A model generated the notes under the pieces. The model was given only the letters and a program-made list of their open reading frames with translations, ran no database searches and was not told where the DNA came from. A stretch of 64,000 bases of DNA. It comes from Tubiluchus corallicola (lineage: Eukaryota; Animalia; Priapulida). The position numbers and the translations under genes were made by a program. Below, piece by piece: positions 52,785 to 64,000 of this stretch (position 1 is its first letter; each line of letters begins with the position of its first letter). The DNA is taken from NCBI GenBank assembly GCA_030141605.1, contig JAQGDQ010000094.1, forward strand, positions 124,001 through 188,000. The letters run 5' to 3'.

Positions 52785-52935
52785 GTAATCATTTGCATGA
52801 TCATGGCAGTTTTGGTTTGTTGCAGTACGTACTTCTCTAGTGTAACACTTTTGGTCCAATATCTCAAGTTGCTCACGGCCACCCTTAATATTCTTAAAGA
52901 GGACCATCAGAACATGAGAAAAAGCTTACACGGAA
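52785..52935 (+). repeat. Interspersed repeat, inverted copy of 44248-44410
   Basis: Matches as described for 44248-44410, plus upstream blocks TCATTTGC, AGTTTTGGT, TGTAAC and ATCTCAA. Confidence 0.75.
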
Positions 52936-55900
52936 AATGCAAGGTTCACGCCTCCGGCAGCCGTACTAATACATATATGTGGTTATTGTGAGTTACGTCA
53001 AAAATCAGAATTGCTATGTGAAACGTGCACTCTGCAGACAACGAAAATTCGTGTAGTAAATTTAGCTTGGTCAGTAAATTATAAAAAATGACTATTCTTA
53101 TTTAAAAAAAATCCGCAGGAATAAGAATCTTTCGGAACTTACAATTGGAAATCTTTGTGTGTAAGACTTCGTGCAGAAAATATATTTTTATTTAAAAGCA
53201 TTATACACAAAAATGTAGAAACTTAAAGTACATGTACTTTTAATCATCGTTGTTTAGCCGAGCCATGCGATAAGAACACGCGGCCTTTCAAATTCTTGCA
53301 AAAGCAAGAGTGCTGATCATCGGACGCATGCGCCCATCAAATAAAACATTTTACCAAGACCACTAGTCATCCGTGTCCGTGTACCGATCAAATAGAAGAT
53401 TTTATTGTTATGTAATTGTACAACTATGTAAAAAATATGTTCTAAAAAAACGTTGTTTATGCAGTGTAAATTTCACGGCAAAACTAGAACGACAACGGGT
53501 GCGTTCTATTGACCGATTGCGTTTACCTGATCTCTTGTCTAGTGAACTCTAGCCCTGCTGTAGGTTCAAGGGCATTCAGGCGAACTCAGCTTCCCAGTTT
53601 GTAATCAGCTTCAGTCCTATAGTATTAAGCCCAGTTTAGTTTGCTTTTGTGAGATAAATATTGTGTACACAGTGCAGTAAGTGCTGCAATGAAAAATAGC
53701 ATACAGATGAAAAATAACAACGAAAAGGGAATCGCAGAAAATAACAAAATTCAATAAAGAAAAGCTTGGTAAGAAATAATAATTAAAAGCTTTTTCAGGA
53801 AATTAATAATTAAAATTAGCATTCGTTAAAACTGGTGGACTACACAAATTTATTGTTTAGGCGAATGTACGTAAAAATGACACACTTATAAAATATGAGT
53901 TAGGGTTAGGGTCAATGTGTTTGTTTATTTAGTTGGTTGGTTGTTTTTCAGCCGCTCTTTCACCCATTCTTTTTTTCAAAAAACTTGACTAAGCGGCCAC
54001 AAACAAATAGCATCGTGAAGTACTTCGTGGAGGTCTCACAGAGAGCGTTGGAAAAGGAGGACTTGGGTACAACGTAGGGCAGTTTATTTATTACCTCTAC
54101 CAGTATAATCAATTACGAGTTAGTTCCAGGTTCCATTTCAAAAAATTCTGGCTTGCGAAACTATGTAGCGCTTTATATAGCCTTTCCATGTACATGTGTA
54201 TACCATATGAGCTGATTTAGTATGTGAATACGTATAAAAGAAACGCAGACAAAGCATCAAGTGGAAAGTTCGTGCATTATTGATTATAATTCTATTTAAC
54301 AAACAAAATATTTTGTGAGTTTTTTTTGCTAGTCTGTGTAATACTTATACAGGTATATGTTTATATGTTTGCTTGTCTACCTTTGTTTTATGTTTTTGTA
54401 TAAAGAATCAGACGAGCGTAGGATTATTCTGTTTTATTGGGATCTACTTCCTACTGAGTGCGTTTTAGTTTTATAATAGAAATTATTTGCATCAAAATAA
54501 GATATGTGTGATTTTTTTCTGCGTTTCCATTTGTGACATCTTTTCCTGTGCCGTTTTTACCTGTATCATTTCTACATTGTATAATGGTAATACACGCACT
54601 ACATTCGCTCAGGTAAGATGGGCGCAGAAATGGTCCGCGTCCACTCTCAGCTATCCATCTTTATCTTTCACTCAGACTAGGTAAATCTCAGGCGTGTGTT
54701 TGCCGGCCTATTAAAAGATGTGAATCAGGCCCCCAAGTTCTATGGCATTTTGCTAGCCTCCCATTTAACATTACAAAACAGCTTTGTCACTTGTATTGTT
54801 CAGTGAAACTCTTTAACTAGCAAAGTAAGTGGTTTTGTCAAAGGCAACCGCATAAGAGTAATAACACGATTGGCGCCAGCCGTCTGCTGGTAACCGCTCA
54901 GGTATGCGATGAGTTATTGCACCTGTACTGGCTTTCCGCCACGCCCACTCGACAGAGCTAAATTTTAACTCGCAAAGTTTGTAGTTAATTTTTTGCCTGC
55001 TGGTTGGAAACTCAATCAAGGTAAAGTGATCTGATTTCAAAATGACAAAATAGCAAAGCAAGCTAAACAATCAAGCAATAAAACTGTTTGTTTGCAAGTT
55101 CAATGTTATTTCCTTTACTTTTCTTATTACGAGCATGCTCGCTAATTGACACCTTTTATGATTATTATAACGACTGCCTTTATTTTTTTATTTTGTATGA
55201 CAAAATTTCTGCTCATTTTCTCGTAGCTCATTGGGTAAAAAATTCTATCCAAAATGCTCCACTAAAATGAAGGTATTTCCGAGGAATATTAACTGTAAAT
55301 TTAGAGAAGTCATCTTATGCATTTATCTCTGTAGGGACAACACTTTACAAAACTAAATACTTTTGTACAAATTTGCGTGGCGATTTTACAGCATTTATTC
55401 TGAAATCAGAATAAAAAATACTTGCACACAGAGAGTTATAATTGTTAAAATCAAAGACTAATTAGCAGGCCAGGCAGGTAACGAATTTGTCACAAGTTAT
55501 GCCTTGATTTCACACTCGCGCTAAATAACTTAACACCTGAACACGACACCTGTTTATTGTCGTTGACACGAACACAAATCACCTGAACTGCTGGAGAAGT
55601 TTCAGAATATAATTATGACCCGGACTGAAAATGCAACAGAACAGTTCAAAGAAGGAATTACGGCAAAGATCCTTGAGGAAATAATATTTTCAGAGCAAGA
55701 ACTCTGCATGATGTGAAGTGAAGAGCTGAAAAACTGTGAAAAATGTTTGTCTTTCGAGGGATGTACGTGTATATACACATCTGATTATGGCCATGAAGTC
55801 TTTATGGGATGCACCTCATTCTTGAGGACTTTTGAAAGTGAGTTGGATTCTGGTACTACCACAACTGTCTACAATTATTGCTAGCTGGTTGCCAAATTCC

Positions 55901-57517
55901 AAAGTGTTGAAGTCTACGAAGAATAGATTTGGATTAATATAGAATGCCAGCTCTTGTAATATGCAACATTAGTATTTTATTTATTTTCCATGTTTTGTTT
56001 CTCAACATTTAATATTAGCTAATTTTACGCATTTTTTTGCTTATAAGCAAGGGTAAAAGAAACCATTGGACTTATGTAACTCGGGCATTCAATATAAGGG
56101 TCGTCTATGGAATAGAACATTCAAATTTATTCCATTTGCGTAGCCTGACAAACGGCAAAATACAAAACCTTAACAAACTTGCAGACGAGCACATGATCAA
56201 TTAATATAGAAAAATACATTGCAGGCTTGATGTTTGTATATTTAAAGGCAGTTAAGAGAGACTTAATATTTTTGTTGCTCATTTATTGTAAAACAAGGCA
56301 AAGTGGCTTAGTTTCTTTATTATATTTACGTCTCTGTAGTTTGTAGTGCTTTGAAACTTCGTCTTTACATTCTGTTTAAATTGAAAAGTCACTTTTTGGC
56401 TACTCGAAGTGTTAATTTCGTGCTAAAATAGCTGCTGCTCTGCATATCGTAACCTATATATTTAACTTTATCTGTCCATTCTAAATTGTATCCGCCCAAA
56501 CTTATATTCACTGTGATAGCTGTCTTGTCACCAATTGTAACACCTTAAAAGAATTAAAGTAATATCCCTAGCCTTAGCATTAGCATATAACTCACAATGT
56601 TGTAACATTTTTGCACAACATTAATACTAGAAGCAATTAAAATGTCGTCGGCTTAACAAACATATTTATAATATGCATGACAACCTACTTTTGAAGCTCG
56701 TAATGATGTAATATACACGTATGTATATAACGAGTACAAAAAATTATGACAATTTTCCAAATTGACGGACATTTAACCGAATTATAGTGCCTAATACATT
56801 GTAAACATATTATTGCAGTTTTGCGCTGATTATAACAGCTGGCGTGGCAAAGTATGGTTGCATGTGTGTAAGAGACTTTAAGGCGACATCGTTATTGCTT
56901 TTCAAAATCACACTTGAGCAAAATTTGACAGCCGGTCAAGTGAAAAATAATAAATAAGGCTCGCGTTGCACGTGTGTCCCAATTTGTTACATGTGTGGGG
57001 GAGAGTTTCTGCTGGATGGTGGCGACTAGGAGCTCATGTAACAGATAGAAATGGTCAATTAGACATTAAAGTTATCTGTAGCAATTTATAAGCTTTTTCA
57101 TTACCTTATATTGAACACGTGACTGGGTTTGTAGTTTAACTGATGATTAAAGTTTATTATTTATGTAAATCAGTAAAGCGATTTGGTAGTAATTTTTATA
57201 GTGAGACTATAAGCAAGGTGATATTCATTGCAACATTAAATCTTTAATGAAACTTTCTACTAAATGTGAACATGCCCTAATGTCATTTCAACACTTTCTT
57301 TTTTCATATTGAAAATTCAAATCGCTTTTACCACAGATTCTTTAACGTTTTGATGAGTTGCACTTTCCTATATAATGACATCATTATCTATTAAACATGA
57401 GGTAAAATGGAGCAAACATTTCTCACGGCCTGAACGAGAAAAATCTCACCTGTTGTCAATGTTCAAGGTATATTGACTAGTGATTAAAGGTGCGTAGCAG
57501 CTCACACAGGTGTGCTC

Positions 57518-57533
57518 CAGACTGACTGTCGCC
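57518..57533 (-). promoter_or_regulatory. Smad1/5-Smad4(-Schnurri) composite element GRCGNC-N5-GTCTG
   Basis: The minus strand reads GGCGAC AGTCA GTCTG, an exact match to the consensus. Neighbours are a CSL site (57420), CACCTG/CAGGTG (57447, 57507), TGGCGCC (57752) and GTCTGGCGAC (57775). Confidence 0.5.
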
Positions 57534-60500
57534 AGCTTTCGTGTATTCATTACCTACGCATACTTGAGGCGTTACATATGTACATTCTTACACGGCTGCT
57601 TAGTGTGCATGACAATGTGCCAATAACAATGTAACAATACTGCCGACTAAACGAAATAGTAGATTATTACTTGCAATCATTGTTTGACATTTTTGACTGT
57701 CATAGGTATGAATAGAGAAGATTAAACTCCAATGGCTCACGTAAAACAAACTGGCGCCGTTAAGTGACCACACTGTCTGGCGACCTGAGTGAGCAAATTG
57801 TATCCTTTCACGAAATTCACACCCCATCGGTGAAGGTATTGTAACTACATATAGTTAGCCTGCCAAGTAGTGCAATAATAGATATAACTGCTTTGACTAT
57901 TTTCTAGCAATAAACTTTCTTAAAATAGTTCATCCGGGAGAAATATTATTTAAGTTTATGAAACTTGTCTCAAACTAAGAACAAGAACGTCATGCATATG
58001 TATGCTTCTGAGCGCTATATGTAGTTGAACATCTCAGTTCAGTAGACAATGGACGCCTATCTCAGCGGAATGTCGATAAAAAAGCACAGGTAAAATTGAC
58101 ACAGGAAAAAATGGCACATGTTATTATGATGCACGTAATTGCTGTAATAAATACGGCCTAACTCAGTTCAAGAATAATGCTAACGAACATTTCCAGTAAC
58201 TTAGTTATATGAATTCTATTTTTCTCAAAGATTTGTGATTTTTCTAGACATGTTTTAACATTTTGAATTTCACTTTCGTTGAGAAGCAACAAAGCTTTCT
58301 ATGAGGATTTTTTGATTTTGTGTAATGTAGATCGGATTTTGCTCTTCAGTTAGACTGTTTGAATCCATTAGTGAATAATTCATCACGGTGGTAAATTCTT
58401 ATCTAGTGAGCTTTGACTTAAATATGTCTCAGTAATGTGCAGGATTGTGTTTCGCTCTTAAAAACACTCCTTTTGTTGACACAATTGGAAAATTGTCGAA
58501 ACACAAATTCCAGACTACAAAATTAACTAGCAATGCAACTTCGTAATTTATTATACGAACAAAAGCAACTTGTACTTTTACCCATAATTTTTCTTCCATT
58601 CTCGATCTTTTTGGGTTTAAGTCGCTTCACACGCGCTACAATATACGCGTCCACACGCTTAAGATTTGACGCGAATAATGTCATACGCCAATCGAGTTAA
58701 AGGCTCAGCTCTATCGTGTGCTCTTGCTTTGTGTCTTTTAAATCGACACTTCCGTCTTAAGATCACTACAAAAGATTCTCAAAAGTTTTAAGAATAATAG
58801 TAGCTCTGAGTTGATTCAAACTAGGAGACTAGCGCCAAGCAGCACATGTATGATTATAGTAAAGCTGTTTATTTTAGCAATAGTTATATATCCTGTTTTA
58901 AATGAAAAAAATCTGACAGTTTCAACGACTTGATTCTTACATGTTCTTTTACAGCAGTATTTTAAATTGTTACAGCGTATTAGTAAAATCATTCTTTTTG
59001 TTGCAGATATCTTTATCATTTTTATCATGTAGGTATGACCATCGCCATCTTTATCACTACTTTCTTATTCTTTTTCTTCATTCTGTTTTCATGTGTGTTG
59101 TTCAAGAGTGCTGAAACAAAGTTTATCGGCGAGAAGCTAGTAATATTAACTTCTAGTTTGTTAATCCTTCCAATTTTTTTCTCCAGCATTAGCAACTGAT
59201 CACAGGATTAAAGGATGACAGTTAAGATGCTATATCACTGATTTGAAGGTTCGATTTAAAGGTAATATGTATACAACTGAGTAAGTGAGAGCCTTACATA
59301 TTTAATTGTACATGACATGAGCAGTTTTTCTTTTTGTAAACCATCGAGTGCCGATTAGAACCATATTTTGTCAGTTTGCAGGACACGTTCTAGTTAGCAA
59401 TCATGCTTCGTAAACAACTAAGTCTTTCTGATTGTCGGGTCTAGGCTTGCCTGTCCAAAGTATAAGTGCGAACAGGAACAGGTAAGAATCACCAGTTGAA
59501 GAATCAGCATGCAAACAAGGCCACGGATCAATCGAAAAATCGATTTACTGGAAAAAAGACATTTTCCGTAAGAACACAAAATCTGTTAGTAACATAGAGA
59601 CATAACCGCCATTTATCATTGTGAAAAACTTTTGTCGAAGACAGAGTCGCAGCGCCATCTGTTAAGTGGAAAAATATATAAATCATCTGAGCGCCATCAA
59701 CGCTATCTGCACGCTCTGAATCATCTTATAGGCCTACGCTAATTCTGAGTTTAAAATAATAAATAAGGTAATGAATGTTTGAATATTACGTAATAATTTC
59801 ACACTGGAGATTGCAAGGAACAAAATCACTTAGTTCTGTACTGGTTTTAGCGCAAGCATAATTATGAATAGAATGTTCGGTTTGTTCTTGCCTGTTCACT
59901 GCCAGAATATGAACATTAGAAATGTGGCTAACTCTTAAGAGAAACATTTCGCCGACAAGCAATAAATGTAAATTGTTAATATTTTCAGCAAGAGCAGCTA
60001 AACAACCCAGATTAAGGCGCAAGATTAAGATTAAGATTACTTGATACCTTGCAGTGGTTCATAGGTCATGTGTCTCTAGCAAAAATTTATCTTAGAGGCA
60101 GTTCAAATGGGCAGTACAAGAAGTGCAGTTTTTACCAGTGTTGATTAACATCCCGCATTTACTTGATGTTTGTAATTCACCATTAAATACAACTGACCAA
60201 TTGTTGTGAATTTAAAATAATCATCTCTATTAGTTATTAGTTTTTAGTAGATCATTCCTGGTTATAATACTGGATGAACTTTATATTTAAATGACGGTAT
60301 TTGTCAACTGTAAAACTTTACACAAATGAGAAAACCGGAATACAAAAAATTGGAAGACAGATACTATTTACTCACCACAGCACCAATTTGTTTACACATA
60401 AAAATAATTAATATAAAAATTATTTATTTAAAATACGTTAGAAAAATAAAGCTCTTATACTAAAAATGACTATTTATATTGAAAACGAAGAAAGCACAAT

Positions 60501-61248
60501 AATATTATCTAAAATAAAATAAACTTAAATATTCAAAGATTTACAGTTTAATGAAATATTTAAATGAAGTAAACATAAAGTTTAAAATTGAGGAAACAAT
60601 ATCAGCAATTTAACAAATACAGCTGTTATGATATGTAATGCTATTACTGTATTTGCGCTTAAAAAGTGTTACGCAAAAGCACTGTACACATCAACATAAA
60701 TTTCGCAATTGCACAACAAAGAAACTTGCCTTATTCTAGGAAAAAAGAAAAGAAAATTCTCAATTTAACAGAATATTTGCAAAGTTAAAAGAAATGTGAA
60801 AACTAAAAGGTATGACGTTAGCAAAATTATCCATTTGATAGACATGTTTACATTGCTTAATAATGCGTGTATATATTTATGAAGCACTGACGAACTGCAA
60901 TGTAATCTACTTAACATGTAATCACAAAGAGAAAAGCAAACTTACTCAAATGTCTTAGTACGTTTGCAGGCTACCATGAAAAACTGTAAATAGCCTGCCC
61001 AGAAATGTCAGTTTAATGTAATAACTGCAGACTGAAATAAAAAATATCAAATCAGCAGTGTAATAAAATTTTACAAACAAGGGTTAAATAAAGCGAAAGT
61101 GGTGAATGGAAATGCCTTCTAAACATATTATTGACTAATGATAATTAAAGACGCAAAAACAAAGAAGTTAGAATGTAAATAGACATAATATTATACTTTA
61201 TTACATTATTTATAATCTATACTCTTATATTAATATTCTTGGTATATT

Positions 61249-61280
<32 letters not shown>

Positions 61281-61284
<4 letters not shown>

Positions 61285-61520
61285 TTCGAGGCTACAGCCC
61301 TGACGAGGCCACCATTTGCGGCGATCTATATATCAAACGAAAGGCCTCGATCTAGTGTCGTGCCATCGGGGGTCTATTTTTCGAATCGGGCCCACCGGGA
61401 GGAACGGTTGGCGAAAAACATCCAAAAATGGCCATTTTTCGGCCGTTTTTTGCAAAAAAATGCAAAAGTTATACGGCTGAGATCTGAAGAACGGGAATGG
61501 GCCATGGGTGGTGCTGGTAT
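61281..61520 (-). repeat. Inverted dispersed copy of the same ~250-bp core
   Basis: Its reverse complement matches 18360-18585. It is adjacent to (TA)n at 61252-61281. Confidence 0.85.
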
Positions 61521-61644
61521 ATAATTAATATGCAATATCATTTACAATATTACGGCGCAATATTAGCATAATATTGTGTTAAAATACAATGCAAAGCAAT
61601 ATGACAGCTTTTAACTGTTAACTAGCGAAACACAGTTAGACACA

Positions 61645-61790
61645 CGAGATATTTGGGGCCAGGACAATTTGGGCCTCAAACATTTGGGCCCAGATATGTG
61701 GAACCCAGCATTTAGGCCCCCAGATATTTTGGCCCAGCATTTGGGCGCCAGATATTTGGGTCCTCAACATTTGAGCCCTGGATAATTGGT
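61645..61790. repeat. Degenerate ~15-bp minisatellite (ATTTGGGCCCAG)
   Basis: About nine visible units. Confidence 0.75.
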
Positions 61791-62979
61791 TCTTTCATCT
61801 TCAGTTGCAGAATCAAGGTCATTAATACAAACTGAAAATTGTATTTGGTGAGTTGTTCGTATAACATGTCATTTAGAATGGCACATGAACATAAACGACA
61901 GGGAACTTAATTTAGGAGCTGCCACAAGTATGATATTCTGCATTTACAGGAAACATGTCAATAAAAACAACTATATTGATATTGTTTAAATGAGACATTG
62001 CTCAAGCTACGCTAGTTTTAAACACCAAAAGCAAAACCGTGATTACCGCGTCCACTGATAGACGGTGCCACGTTCCACGTAGATTCATATTACAAAAAAC
62101 AGTGGCAATCATTGATTTCCATGGCCATGGTGTGTTGCGATCAACAGATTTCTTCTCTTGTCTTAGAAAGCACTACCACCTTTAATAACTGGTTAGCAAG
62201 TTAACCATGTTTATATTTGAAATCTTTTTCGGTGAAAATACTGCGATCAGTCATACCGGTTTGTAAATGTTCTTAAAATAAATAGAGTTTATATATAAAA
62301 TATTTTTCCTTATCCATATTAGATTTTTCCACAGTAAACTTTATTTAAATAATCATCAAAGTTTAGGACTTTCGCAATTCGCTAAACGTGAAATTAAAAC
62401 ATCTTTACCAACACTTTTTCACAGAAAGTTAAAACTTCAAATCTTAATTTTGCTTGTATAATTTGTGCGACTAACATTACATTGCAAACCTGGGAGTGAA
62501 CATTGTGCAGGCAAAACCAAATTCTGTACTGATGGCCAGTCCTTCTAACTATTCACACTAATGTCAGGTGAAATCTAAACTTTGTTTTGTAAGAAAATGA
62601 TAATTATTTTTCACGTGATCAAATCAAGAACGCGAAAATCTAGATTAGAATAACATGTCTATATTTCTGTGTGCCACTAACTTAAATACTATACGCTTTA
62701 GTCCCCCCCCCCCATCTTAACATCTATTGTTGTTTTAACTTTCCATTTTATTATTAATCAATTACTTCTTAAAGATGTTGTTCGTGTTTTAAAAGCTACC
62801 TTTGTCTACAAGGTGCGGGACGAAAGTAATACAGCACTTTCCATAAAAAGGAAAGTAATGAATCATTAAATGCTCATTGATTAATCTGGATTAATACTAA
62901 TATTTTGACTAGACAGCACGAAAAGCGGTTAATTCTCTTTATTCTTTCATAATTGCATAGTTGACATTGTTTTAGCTGA

Positions 62980-63064
62980 TATATAAAAGCTAGCATTGCT
63001 CTTCAGTGTTAATCATCACGTTTTGGAGCTGGTTGCTGGATCAGAATTGACTTACATCTTCCAG
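62980..63064 (+). promoter_or_regulatory. Putative TATA promoter and non-coding first exon of the Gly/Tyr-rich gene
   Basis: TATATAAAAG at 62980, Inr-like TCAGT at 63003 and a strong donor CAG|GTAAGA at 63064/63065. Confidence 0.5.
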
Positions 63065-63740
63065 GTAAGAATTTTATTATCTTGACACTTGAGTTGTGGT
63101 ACAGTCGATATTCACGTATAGATTCACAGTAGAATTCATTATATAAAAATAATAGAAAGGTTACTAGCAAGATATTTCATAAGGCCAGATTTTTTCATAT
63201 AAATCATAAAATTTTGGTTTGACTTTATGTGTAAATAATTTATACAATTCTATAACTTGTACAGCAATTGTGTGAGCATATTGGGCAAACGTGGCAGATT
63301 GTAGGTTAGAGAAATAGAGTGTGAGAGAGAAACTGAGGGAGGGGGAGGAGAGAGAGAGAAAGAGGGATGAGACAGAAGCGTGAAAGAAAAGAGAGAAATA
63401 TAGAGAAAGAGTGCAGCCACAGATCCAGAGAGTCTCCCTGGGGCAGCCACAAAGATACACAGAGAGAGACATGCGGAGTTCTTACCGTTTGAAACACATA
63501 GATAATTCAAATGAATAGTACATCAGTATTTTTATTTATATAATAATAATAAACTGATTTTCGCTGCAAAGATCTACGAAGATCAATATGCAAAACTATT
63601 CTGTTACTCTACTCGCCTTGCTTTGTAAAATTGAAGTGAAATTGTTCACTGCTTTGCAGCGTACAGAAGTTACTGAAGCTGCTATTTTATATTGCAAAAT
63701 ACAAGGACTGATAACTAATATGCGGCATATTATAGGAAAC

Positions 63741-64000
63741 ATGAGAAAACTACAGTTTTTCTTCGGAGCTTGCATTTTAGCGTTAGCTTATGCTGAATAT
63801 GGGAGGTACGGTAACAGGGGATACGACCCATATTCAGATAACGGATACGGACAAGAGGCATCCGGATACAGCTACCGACCATCAAATGGAGGATACGGCA
63901 AATCCGGTAACGGTGACCAAGGCTATCAGCCGTCTAATGGGGGTTATGCTCAACAAAATTATTACACCAAAAAACCAGAGTATTTTTATACTCAAAGCTA
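63741..64000 (+). CDS. Secreted Gly/Tyr-rich low-complexity protein, 5' part (runs off the window)
   Basis: MRKLQFFFGACILALAYA-EYGRYGNRGYDPYSDNGYGQEASGYSYRPSNGGYGKSGNGDQGYQPSNGGYAQQNYYTKKPEYFYTQS: a signal-peptide-like N-terminus with an A-Y-A cleavage site, 86 open codons and a repeated YxPSNGGY. Acceptor tatag| at 63735. Absent from the ORF track because no stop lies in the window. Confidence 0.8.
   Translation, partial: MRKLQFFFGACILALAYAEYGRYGNRGYDPYSDNGYGQEASGYSYRPSNGGYGKSGNGDQGYQPSNGGYAQQNYYTKKPEYFYTQS

Overview
This is AT-rich, gene-poor, microsatellite-rich DNA from an animal, most likely a bilaterian invertebrate; the species cannot be identified from the sequence. I see no prokaryotic features, CRISPR arrays, rRNA or tRNA genes. 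The central feature is an Id/extramacrochaetae (emc) HLH gene on the minus strand. I reconstruct three exons: CDS 35115-34795 plus 32846-32757 (136 aa, ending SRSVSC), and a non-coding exon 3 from 31933. Around it lies a large candidate cis-regulatory landscape: a CRE + Smad GC-box + X-box module, a cluster of CSL/Su(H) sites, many CAGGTG/CAGGTA clusters, a perfect GRCGNC-N5-GTCTG Smad element, and convergent CTCF-like sites. About 11 kb upstream of Id is a decayed Ty3/Gypsy LTR retrotransposon (46084-52555, minus). It has near-identical short LTRs, an LADD RT motif, a dUTPase-like insert and a nested LINE 3' fragment. Other elements include a hAT-type MITE with an 8-bp TSD, several dispersed or tandem repeat families, and a perfect 27-bp hairpin. 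At the right edge is the 5' part of a gene for a secreted Gly/Tyr-rich protein that the ORF track missed. I cannot claim a wholly new biological system; the best leads are listed as findings. All alignments and motif calls were made by eye.
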